Source of the DNA: an uncultured Candidatus Saccharibacteria bacterium
GTDB taxonomy: Bacteria > Patescibacteriota > Minisyncoccia > Minisyncoccales > Staskawiczbacteraceae
Direction: 5' to 3'
DNA length: 58,268 nucleotides
NCBI GenBank assembly: GCA_964483475.1
Contig: CAZAAH010000001.1
Coordinates: 1-58,268 of the forward strand
In this document: in pieces, positions 51,300-58,268 of the stretch
How the letters are laid out: the number at the start of each line of letters is the position of its first letter
Numbering within the stretch: position 1 is the stretch's first letter
Program-made: the position numbers and the translations under genes
The notes under the pieces: model-generated
Told to the model about the DNA's origin: nothing
What the model saw: the letters and a program-made list of their open reading frames with translations, nothing else
The model's database searches: none

Positions 51300-51647
51300 T
51301 TATTTTTCTACTTGAAAATCCTCGATGCTTGTTTCTTGTACTTCTCCGTTTTTAAAGTATTTAACAATACAAGTATTTAGTATTTGGTCATAATAAACTC
51401 CTGCTACATTGTTAAATTGTTGTCGTAACTTATCATATAAAGTATTACATTTTATTTTATTATTAAAAAGAATTACTTCTTCATCTTTTTGATCTTTTAT
51501 AATTTGCTCTTGCTTTAATTGTTCTATTCTATCCTCATCTTTCTTGGGAATAAAAACCACAAAGTAATAGAAAACCGAAAAACCAATCAAAATTATAGCA
51601 ATGGAAAAAGATAATTTAAACCAATTTTGTTTTACGAATTCATTCAT
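51300..51647 (-). CDS. Hypothetical membrane-anchored protein (115 aa)
   Basis: It has one N-terminal TM helix. No family recognised. Confidence 0.45.
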   Translation of the reverse strand: MNEFVKQNWFKLSFSIAIILIGFSVFYYFVVFIPKKDEDRIEQLKQEQIIKDQKDEEVILFNNKIKCNTLYDKLRQQFNNVAGVYYDQILNTCIVKYFKNGEVQETSIEDFQVEK

Positions 51648-51652
51648 AAATT

Positions 51653-51835
51653 TTAATATTTACAAGCCCGACCATGACAACTCCTAACATACCCGCCGTG
51701 GTAATGACTACCCTTGCCATGAGAAGTATATCCTCCTACACGAAAACTTCTGTATCTGCCACGAGCCTGCGCAATGCCAGAAGAAAAATCAACCAAAGCT
51801 ATAATCATTAGTAAAAGTAATATAATTTTTTTCAT
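51653..51835 (-). CDS. Small secreted cationic Gly/His/Arg/Tyr-rich peptide (60-aa precursor)
   Basis: The signal peptide MKKIILLLLMIIALVDFSSGIAQA is followed by the mature sequence RGRYRSFRVGGYTSHGKGSHYHGGYVRSCHGRACKY. Confidence 0.5.
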   Translation of the reverse strand: MKKIILLLLMIIALVDFSSGIAQARGRYRSFRVGGYTSHGKGSHYHGGYVRSCHGRACKY

Positions 51836-51850
51836 AATTTTTAATAGTAT

Positions 51851-53845
51851 TTAGATTAAGAACGCTACTATCAACAATGCCACAATGTTTAAGACCTTGA
51901 TCATTGGGTTAATGGCAGGGCCGGCGGTGTCTTTATAAGGGTCTCCGACGGTGTCGCCGGTGACGGCGGCTTGGTGGGCGAAACTGCCCTTGCCTCCGAG
52001 GTTTCCCTCTTCAATGTATTTTTTGGCGTTGTCCCAGGCGGCGCCGCCGGTGGTCATTGAAATTCCAACGAACAATCCCGTAATAATTGAGCCGATGAGC
52101 AAGCCTCCGAGCGCCTGCACTCCCAAAATATAGCCAACTAAAATGGGGGCGACCACCGGAATTAAAGCTGGAATCATCATTTCTTTTATGGCCGCCTTAG
52201 TCACAATATCAACGCATTTTCCGTATTCTGGCTTGGCGGTGCCTTCCATAATTCCTTTAATATCCCTGAATTGCCTGCGGACTTCTTCAACCACTTTGCC
52301 GGCCGTTTTGCCAACAGCTCCCATTAAAAAACTGGCGAATAAATAGGGGAGCAACCCGCCAATCAACAACCCTGCAATTACTTTTGGGTTATCTAAGGTA
52401 AATGCCGCACCCGCTGACCCTGTAAGTTCAGAAACTTTTTGGCTGTAGGCTGAAAATAAAACCAGGGCGGCCAATCCTGCCGAGGCAATGGCATACCCTT
52501 TGGTTACGGCCTTGGTTGTGTTTCCCACGGCGTCCAGAGGATCAGTAATGGCGCGGATTTCCTCTGGCATTCCGGCCATTTCGGCAATGCCTCCGGCGTT
52601 GTCAGTTATTGGGCCGTAAGCATCCACTCCAACGACAATTCCTGAAATTGAAAGCATCGACATAACCGCCAGCGCCACGCCGTAAATTCCAGCCAGCTGG
52701 TAGCTGATGATCGTGCCCACGGCAATGAGCAGCACCGGCATGGCGGTTGCTTGCATTCCCAGCCCAAGTCCGCGGATGATGTTAGTGGCGTGGCCGGTCT
52801 GCGAAGCTTTAGCAATTGATCTTACCGGGCTATATTTTTTTGATGTGTAGTATTCGGTAATAACAAACATTCCAACCGCCACGACCAACCCTATCAAGGT
52901 TGAAAAGTATAACTTACTAGCTGAAATTTCCTGGTCCGCCATCATTTTTGAAATTAAAGGGTAAAAACTGATGGCCGACAGCACAACTGAAACCCCAAGC
53001 CCTTTGTACATCGCCCCCATGATATTTTTGGAGCGACCCAGCTTTACAAAAAAACTACCGATGATGGAGGTTAAAATTGAAACGCTGGCGATAAAAAGCG
53101 GCAACAAAATAAATTGCGGAGTCCCAGGATACAATAAGTCTCCCAAAATCATGGTGGCGACCGTTGTTACCGTATATGTTTCAAAAATATCGGCGGCCAT
53201 TCCGGCGCAGTCGCCAACGTTGTCCCCAACCTGGTCGGCAATGACCGCGGGGTTCCTGGGGTCATCCTCTGGAATTCCTTTTTCAACTTTTCCAACCAAA
53301 TCGGCCCCCACATCGGCCGCCTTGGTGTAAATTCCCCCGCCCACCCTGGCAAACACCGATATCAAGCTGGCCCCAAATCCCAAGGCCACCAGTGCCGGAA
53401 TGTCGTTAGTAAAAAAGTAGTATCCTGAAACCGCTAACAAGCCAAGGCTGACCACCAAAAGGCCGGTAACCAGCCCGCCCTTAAATGACAAATCCAAAGC
53501 GTGGGCCAATCCCCGCTTGGCTCCCTGGGCCACGCGGGTATTGGTTTGGGTGGAAACCCACATTCCGATAAATCCCGACAGCCCGGATAAAAAGGCCCCA
53601 ATTAAAAATCCAAAAGCCATTTTCCAGCCCATGGAAACCCACAACATTAAAAATAAAACCAGGGCGACGATGGCCACGGTCTTGTACTGCCGTTTTAGGT
53701 AGGCAATGGAGCCCTCCTGAATTGCTTTGGTGATTTCTATGGCTTTATCTTTTGCCACGGGAGCCTTGCTGATTTTAGCAACCAGGAAAAATACAAAGGC
53801 AATGGCAAAGAGCGAAACGAGGATAGGAAAATAGGTTATGAGCAT
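51851..53845 (-). CDS. hppA: Membrane-bound H+/Na+-translocating pyrophosphatase
   Basis: The 664-aa protein has about 16 TM helices and the motifs [26 protein letters not shown] and DPYKDT. Confidence 0.95.
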   Translation of the reverse strand: MLITYFPILVSLFAIAFVFFLVAKISKAPVAKDKAIEITKAIQEGSIAYLKRQYKTVAIVALVLFLMLWVSMGWKMAFGFLIGAFLSGLSGFIGMWVSTQTNTRVAQGAKRGLAHALDLSFKGGLVTGLLVVSLGLLAVSGYYFFTNDIPALVALGFGASLISVFARVGGGIYTKAADVGADLVGKVEKGIPEDDPRNPAVIADQVGDNVGDCAGMAADIFETYTVTTVATMILGDLLYPGTPQFILLPLFIASVSILTSIIGSFFVKLGRSKNIMGAMYKGLGVSVVLSAISFYPLISKMMADQEISASKLYFSTLIGLVVAVGMFVITEYYTSKKYSPVRSIAKASQTGHATNIIRGLGLGMQATAMPVLLIAVGTIISYQLAGIYGVALAVMSMLSISGIVVGVDAYGPITDNAGGIAEMAGMPEEIRAITDPLDAVGNTTKAVTKGYAIASAGLAALVLFSAYSQKVSELTGSAGAAFTLDNPKVIAGLLIGGLLPYLFASFLMGAVGKTAGKVVEEVRRQFRDIKGIMEGTAKPEYGKCVDIVTKAAIKEMMIPALIPVVAPILVGYILGVQALGGLLIGSIITGLFVGISMTTGGAAWDNAKKYIEEGNLGGKGSFAHQAAVTGDTVGDPYKDTAGPAINPMIKVLNIVALLIVAFLI

Positions 53846-53888
53846 AATTTGAAATTTGAAATTTGAAATTTGAAATCAATTTGAAATG
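53846..53888. repeat. AATTTGAA x about 4.5 tandem octamer abutting the hppA start
   Basis: The reading is aatttgaaatttgaaatttgaaatttgaaatcaatttgaaatg. Confidence 0.75.
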
Positions 53889-53910
53889 ATTTAAAGCTTC
53901 AAATTAAAAA

Positions 53911-54426
53911 TTACTTTTTTACTTTGTAGTGAAGTTGAATGGTATTTTCATTTAACTTTTTATAATCCAACAATTGCAGTTGATATTCAAAATCGTTATC
54001 TGTAAATAATTTTATGCCTTTTCCGAATACTAATGGCTCAACATCCAAGTAAATTTCATCAACGAGCCCCTCTTTCATAAATGAAGAATTTAATTGTCCG
54101 CCGCCGGCCAAAAAAGCTGTCTCAAATCCTTTACCTTCTAATGTTTTAAGAACTTCTTTTGGGGTCTGGTTTAAAAATAAAACTTTATCTGCCCATTTAT
54201 TTTCAATATTTTCTTTTGCAACCACAATATTTAACACATCGGGAAAGGGGAAAAATCCTTTTTTACTTGCATACTCATACGTATTTTTTCCTATAATTAC
54301 ATTTCCAGCTTTTTTGCTTTCCTCATGAAAACTTTTTAAATCTTCCCGTGAAGTCCATTCTGAATCGCCATCAGACTTTGCAATATAGCCATTCGGAGTG
54401 ATAGCCATATATAAAATAACTTTCAT
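53911..54426 (-). CDS. Dihydrofolate-reductase-like / RibD C-terminal domain protein
   Basis: It starts MKVILYMAITPNGYIA and contains GGG.L..SF and DE....V.P...G.G..LF. Confidence 0.7.
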   Translation of the reverse strand: MKVILYMAITPNGYIAKSDGDSEWTSREDLKSFHEESKKAGNVIIGKNTYEYASKKGFFPFPDVLNIVVAKENIENKWADKVLFLNQTPKEVLKTLEGKGFETAFLAGGGQLNSSFMKEGLVDEIYLDVEPLVFGKGIKLFTDNDFEYQLQLLDYKKLNENTIQLHYKVKK

Positions 54427-54428
54427 AT

Positions 54429-55778
54429 TTATTCTTTTGGAGCCTCCTCTGGTTTTTCTTCAGAGGGAGATTCTTCTTTTGCACCCTTCTCTTCAACTGG
54501 TGCTTCTTCTGTAACTTCTTCTTTCTCTCCGGCTTCACTTGAGGCAGTTTTGGCTTTTTTAGTTCTCTTTTTCTTAGGTTTTTCCTCACCTTCTTTAGCT
54601 GACTCTTCTTCGATCGCTGCCTCTTCTTTAGCGCCTGTTGCCTTTGCGGGCTTAATGTCTATTTTCCAGCCAGTTAAATTGCTAGCCAGCCTCACATTCC
54701 GGCCATCCTTGCCAATAGCTAAGGACAGCTGGTCCTCGGCCACCAAAACGGTCGCCGTATTTTTATCTTCAATTTCCACCTCGGAAACTTCTGCTGGCGA
54801 AAGGGCGTTGGCAATGTAATCTTTGGGGTCTTCCTGCCACAAAATAACATCAATTTTTTCTCCACCCAGCTCGTTGATGACCGCCATAATCCTGGTGCCC
54901 CGCTGGCCAACGCAGCTGCCGATGGGGTCAATTCTTTCTTCGGTTGATGCAACGGCAATTTTTGTCCGGTAGCCGGGTTCTCTAGCAATAGACTTTATCA
55001 CAACCACCCCCGAAGAAATTTCGGGCACTTCCAATTCAAAAAGGCGAGAGACTAGCTTTGGATAGGCTCGGCTCAAAACCACCACCGAACCCCTGGGCGT
55101 TTCGTCAACTTTTAAAATATAAAACTTCAGCCTTTGGCCTGGCCGATAAAATTCGCCAGGGATCTGCTCTTCCCTGTTTAAAATTCCAAGAGTCTTGCCA
55201 ATATCAACCAACACCACCGACCCCTCTATTCTCTGAATAACTCCGGAAATAATTTCTCCTTCTTTTGACTTATATTCTGAAGCGATGGTTTCTTTTTCGG
55301 CTTCCCTAATTTTTTGCAAAATGACTTGCTTAGCCGTTTGGGCGGCAATTCTGCCGTAGTCCTGTTTTGAAACCAAGGGAATTTCCAGTTCTTCACCAAC
55401 TTTTATTTTTGGATTTTTCTTTTGGGCTTCCTCCAGCATGATGTGCTTTTCAGGATTAAAAACCACTTTTTTAGGTGGCTCGTCACCCTCACCATGGGCC
55501 TGGAAATCTTCCGAAGGCGATATTTTTTGGGTTTTCATCTCCTCTATTTCCTCTGGAGTATAAAGCATTGATTCGTCAACCACCAATTTTACCTGCCAAA
55601 ATTTAACATCACCCGAAACCGGATTAAATTTGGCTTTTATTTTTTGCCCTTTTTGTCCGTAATCTTTTTTGTATGCGGTAGCAATGGCTGCTTCCAGCGT
55701 TTCGATGATAACTTCAGGCGAAATTCCCCTGGCCTCGGCAATTTGCGATAATGCTCTTTGAAATGATTTTAGATCCAT
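54429..55778 (-). CDS. nusA: Transcription termination/antitermination factor NusA with K/E-rich tail
   Basis: It has the N-terminal domain, an S1 domain and two KH domains (GQRG.R, IGK.G.NVRLA), followed by a low-complexity C-terminus. Confidence 0.95.
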   Translation of the reverse strand: MDLKSFQRALSQIAEARGISPEVIIETLEAAIATAYKKDYGQKGQKIKAKFNPVSGDVKFWQVKLVVDESMLYTPEEIEEMKTQKISPSEDFQAHGEGDEPPKKVVFNPEKHIMLEEAQKKNPKIKVGEELEIPLVSKQDYGRIAAQTAKQVILQKIREAEKETIASEYKSKEGEIISGVIQRIEGSVVLVDIGKTLGILNREEQIPGEFYRPGQRLKFYILKVDETPRGSVVVLSRAYPKLVSRLFELEVPEISSGVVVIKSIAREPGYRTKIAVASTEERIDPIGSCVGQRGTRIMAVINELGGEKIDVILWQEDPKDYIANALSPAEVSEVEIEDKNTATVLVAEDQLSLAIGKDGRNVRLASNLTGWKIDIKPAKATGAKEEAAIEEESAKEGEEKPKKKRTKKAKTASSEAGEKEEVTEEAPVEEKGAKEESPSEEKPEEAPKE

Positions 55779-55796
55779 AGCTTTTACTCCGTAAAA

Positions 55797-55890
55797 GAAA
55801 CTCTAAATACTAAACTCTAATTTCTAAACGTGTTTTTTAGTTTTGAATTTAGGGTTTTGAATTTGTTTAGGATTTAGGGTTTGATTTTTT
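55797..55890. repeat. Quasi-repeats of period about 8 nt (CTAAA / TTTAG types) in the nusA leader
   Basis: The reading is ctctaaatactaaactctaatttctaaacg...ttttagttttgaatttagggttttgaatttgtttaggatttagggtttg. Confidence 0.55.
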
Positions 55891-55896
55891 TATCTT

Positions 55897-55924
55897 ATAA
55901 AAAAATCCGTTGGTCAGACGGACA
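55897..55924 (-). terminator. Terminator after the 102-aa membrane protein gene
   Basis: On the minus strand, TCCGT-CTGACCA-ACGGA is followed by T7. Confidence 0.75.
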
Positions 55925-55983
55925 AAATTTATTTCAGTTTAGGCAATATTAGCAAAAAACAAAGTTTGTGTCAAATAGGGCTA

Positions 55984-56292
55984 TTATTTAAAACTTTCTT
56001 TTTCTATAAATACAAATCGGTGCGACGAAATAGTATGCATTATAATAATTCCAATTCCAATTCCAGAGATCATTAAAAAAGATGAAATTTCACCCAGTAA
56101 AAATAAAATAACGCTTGCGGCTAAAAATAACAATCCAATGGTGCTGTGGTGAACGTGGTATCCAAAAAGAATCTCGTGCCTTTTGTAGTATCTTTCTCGC
56201 AGCTTTCTGTTTGTTTTTAAAATAAATTCAAAAATCCAGGTTGCCGCAATGCCAATGATTATGTTTAAAACGAATAACGATATAAAGTTCAT
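55984..56292 (-). CDS. Hypothetical 3-TM membrane protein (102 aa)
   Basis: It has hydrophobic helices and overlaps the upstream gene by 4 nt. Confidence 0.5.
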   Translation of the reverse strand: MNFISLFVLNIIIGIAATWIFEFILKTNRKLRERYYKRHEILFGYHVHHSTIGLLFLAASVILFLLGEISSFLMISGIGIGIIIMHTISSHRFVFIEKESFK

Positions 56293-56684
56293 AAATTTTC
56301 TACAGAGCTGGGGAAATACTCAATTTTTGATTTGCCCGAGTTTGGATCAAGTAAAACTCCGATAACATCAATTTGGTAGGGGATATCCTGTGGAAATCTA
56401 TTTTTTTGAAGCCATATTTGGCAAAGGCCGATGAGTTTTCTTCGTTTTTTATGGTCAACTTTTTCCTCTGGAAAAAAACTCTCGCCACCGCCAATAATGG
56501 TTTTGACTTCAACAAAGTGGACTGTTTTGTCTCGGCGCGCAAAAAATGAGAATTTTTTGCGCGCAATAATGTCAATTTCTCCAAAATTTATCCTATAATT
56601 TCTCCCCACAATTTTATACCCCTTTTTCACAAGATATTCACAAGCAAGACTTTCTCCCAAATCACCGAGCTCTTTTGTATCCAT
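56289..56684 (-). CDS. YraN-family (UPF0102) endonuclease-like protein
   Basis: It contains G...A..YL...GY.I..RN.R...GEIDIIA and FVEVKT. Confidence 0.8.
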   Translation of the reverse strand: MDTKELGDLGESLACEYLVKKGYKIVGRNYRINFGEIDIIARKKFSFFARRDKTVHFVEVKTIIGGGESFFPEEKVDHKKRRKLIGLCQIWLQKNRFPQDIPYQIDVIGVLLDPNSGKSKIEYFPSSVENL

Positions 56685-56685
56685 C

Positions 56686-57063
56686 TTACTTACCTTTATC
56701 TTCTTTTAATCTTTTGTTTCTGGCGATTTGTTCTTTTGCCATATCTGGAATACTTTCTATTAAATCTCTCGCGCTTTTTATCTCTGTTAAATTTTTGTTT
56801 ATTGATGCATCTGTTTCCTCTTCTGATAACAAACCTTTTTCAAGTTTATCTTCTAACTCATTGTTATCTTCTTTAAGTTTATTTATTTTTTCATTGAGCT
56901 GTTTTATAAAACTTCGAGCTCTTTTTAAAGTATCTGATGCCTTCTCTCCTGTTATTTCTTTAAACTCCAGCACTAAGTCTTTGGGTTCAAAATCTTCTAA
57001 AGTTGTATCATCTTTATCAATATCATTATCTGGCTCCAAATTTTCTGGTGAATTTTCGGGCAT
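56686..57063 (-). CDS. Hypothetical acidic coiled-coil protein (125 aa)
   Basis: The sequence is E/K/D-rich and helical. The gene is tightly packed between its neighbours. Confidence 0.5.
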   Translation of the reverse strand: MPENSPENLEPDNDIDKDDTTLEDFEPKDLVLEFKEITGEKASDTLKRARSFIKQLNEKINKLKEDNNELEDKLEKGLLSEEETDASINKNLTEIKSARDLIESIPDMAKEQIARNKRLKEDKGK

Positions 57064-58035
57064 TTATTTTGTTTTATTCATTGGCGGATAAAGTTGGCTG
57101 TCAATGGTTCGGTCAAAGCAGACTCGGCCCGCAGAATGATTCCAATTCTGAGACGGTCCGTTGGGATATATCGTGGGAGCGTGGACAGTAGTTTTTGAAT
57201 TATTTGTATTGTCGCTCGTATCAAATGTTGCGCAAAGGGTAAAAGTCGCACCTGCACCACCTGGTATTGCGGGAGTTTCTGGTATATATTCATAGGGTCT
57301 GTTCGTCTCCGGATCGGTTGGCACAACATACCCCGAAATTGAATCATTTAAATCGGCGAGGCTTTGAGCCAGCACTCCTTTACGTTGCCAATAATTGACT
57401 ACCTGCCATTGGATATTTTGCAAGTCGTTGATTCTTTGCTGGTCAAATTGGGCCAATCTGGCCGATTGGGGAGAGCCAACAATGAAGAATGCCCCGACAA
57501 CCAACACTAAAATGATAACTCCGGCCGCCCAGGCATAGTACTTTGCTGACGTTGAGGGTTCTTTACGCCTAACATCGTCCAAATAATATCCAAAGACAAC
57601 GCCTGCCACCATTAAAACCGATAAGGCCTTTAAAATAAATTTAGCGGTAACGTCGCCGCCTAAAAAGTTGTAGATAACGCTTACCAAGTCCCCGATAATT
57701 ATTAAAGAAGCGATGAAAAGAGTTAAATAAATCAGCCATTTCCTTATTTTTGATTCTCTAACGGCCGACTCTTTTTTGTAAATTTTATTCAAGTACCAGG
57801 AAACGAAAATAAAAAGAGGGAAAATAATAACCAACGAAGCAACCGAAAATCTGATTGGCCAAACATAAGACTGGCCTCCGTACCTTAAAGATAAAATGTC
57901 CGGGAAAAAATAGTTAACATACTGCCAGCACAAAGTTATAAAGCTGATGGCTGACCAATAAAGGGCAACGATGGCAAAGAGATGCAAAAACACATCCCTT
58001 GGCAAATTTCTTTTAATTGTTGTATCTTGATTCAT
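57064..58035 (-). CDS. Hypothetical membrane protein (5 TM plus extracytoplasmic C-terminal domain)
   Basis: The 323-aa protein has N-terminal TM helices. The C-terminal part is soluble and contains two Cys. Confidence 0.55.
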   Translation of the reverse strand: MNQDTTIKRNLPRDVFLHLFAIVALYWSAISFITLCWQYVNYFFPDILSLRYGGQSYVWPIRFSVASLVIIFPLFIFVSWYLNKIYKKESAVRESKIRKWLIYLTLFIASLIIIGDLVSVIYNFLGGDVTAKFILKALSVLMVAGVVFGYYLDDVRRKEPSTSAKYYAWAAGVIILVLVVGAFFIVGSPQSARLAQFDQQRINDLQNIQWQVVNYWQRKGVLAQSLADLNDSISGYVVPTDPETNRPYEYIPETPAIPGGAGATFTLCATFDTSDNTNNSKTTVHAPTIYPNGPSQNWNHSAGRVCFDRTIDSQLYPPMNKTK

Positions 58036-58071
58036 ATTTTTATTCTAAACAAATTTCCAAAAAAAGCAACT

Positions 58072-58268
58072 TTATTCTTTTTTAACTTCGGACGGTTCTC
58101 TTGGTGGTTCTTCCAAAGATTCTTCCTTAACTTCCGAACTAAACTCAATATCTTTTGACTCAATAACCTCTTCATCGTCTTCTTCTTTCAAAAATCCTCC
58201 TACCTGAAGACTCCAAAGTTTTTTATACAAACTATATGTACGTTTAATAAAGGAAGTAGCTCCCCGCC
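58072..58268 (-). CDS. 3' end of a gene running off the window (ABC-exporter-like C-terminus plus acidic tail)
   Basis: The frame is open to the window edge and reads ...GATSFIKRTYSLYKKLWSLQVGG...EVKKE*. The Y.LY..LW..Q ending is typical of MsbA-type ABC ATPases. Confidence 0.45.
   Translation of the reverse strand, partial: RGATSFIKRTYSLYKKLWSLQVGGFLKEEDDEEVIESKDIEFSSEVKEESLEEPPREPSEVKKE

Noticed and set aside
53846-53888. Short tandem repeats here and at other leaders, as a possible CRISPR array.
   Set aside because: The period is about 8 nt with no spacers, the tracts are under 100 nt, and there are no cas genes. These are micro- or minisatellite-like leader repeats, not CRISPR.
54371-54589. 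A 72-aa extremely Lys-rich ORF overlapping the nusA tail and the start of the DHFR-like gene.
   Set aside because: It is an out-of-frame reading of the K/E-rich nusA C-terminal low-complexity region, with no independent signals.

Overview
This is a 58.3-kb, gene-dense, low-GC bacterial chromosome segment, transcribed mostly from the minus strand. Several traits suggest a Patescibacteria/CPR-type genome: streamlined housekeeping proteins, a short ValRS, a four-helix-bundle '23S-IVS/Avd-like' protein, TrbC/VirB2-like mini-pilin paralogs, an H+-PPase and many small orphan ORFs. That assignment is an inference, not shown by the sequence. I call about 66 CDS, including hisS, lepB, pth, dprA, topA, rplS, ftsH, rpsA, gyrA, valS, tsaD, recG, nrdAB, htrA, rny, clpP, tig, hppA and nusA. 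I also call 14 tRNAs read by eye, plus a set of intrinsic terminators and sigma70-like promoters. I saw no rRNA, CRISPR array, transposase, integrase or reverse transcriptase. TGA is used as a stop codon, so the genetic code is standard. Five things stand out. (1) An abruptly GC-rich island at about 15.1-19.4 kb, between rpsA and ftsH, carries a 706-aa orphan, a NYN-type RNase-like gene and a MYG1/UPF0160-like hydrolase. Each has its own consensus promoter and terminator, and this is my best candidate for an undescribed (RNA-targeting?) module. (2) Five tandem TrbC/VirB2-like pilin paralogs are translationally coupled to a methyltransferase, with a sixth, signal-peptide-deleted copy 20 kb away. 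(3) There is a family of small GC-rich structured or palindromic intergenic elements. It includes a 128-bp MITE-like insertion with TIRs and a 4-bp duplication exactly at the hsp20 start codon. It also includes a multi-helix RNA-like element beside tRNA-Leu that ends in a copy of the tRNA 3' end, and a related element beside a displaced gene 3'-end remnant. (4) Quasi-repeats with a period of about 8 nt abut many start codons, and one lies in-frame inside tsaD. (5) Smaller oddities include tRNA-Ile(UAU), a cysteine-free MutY-like glycosylase and a cationic His/Gly/Arg-rich secreted peptide. All homology statements are motif recognition by eye. No database search was run.
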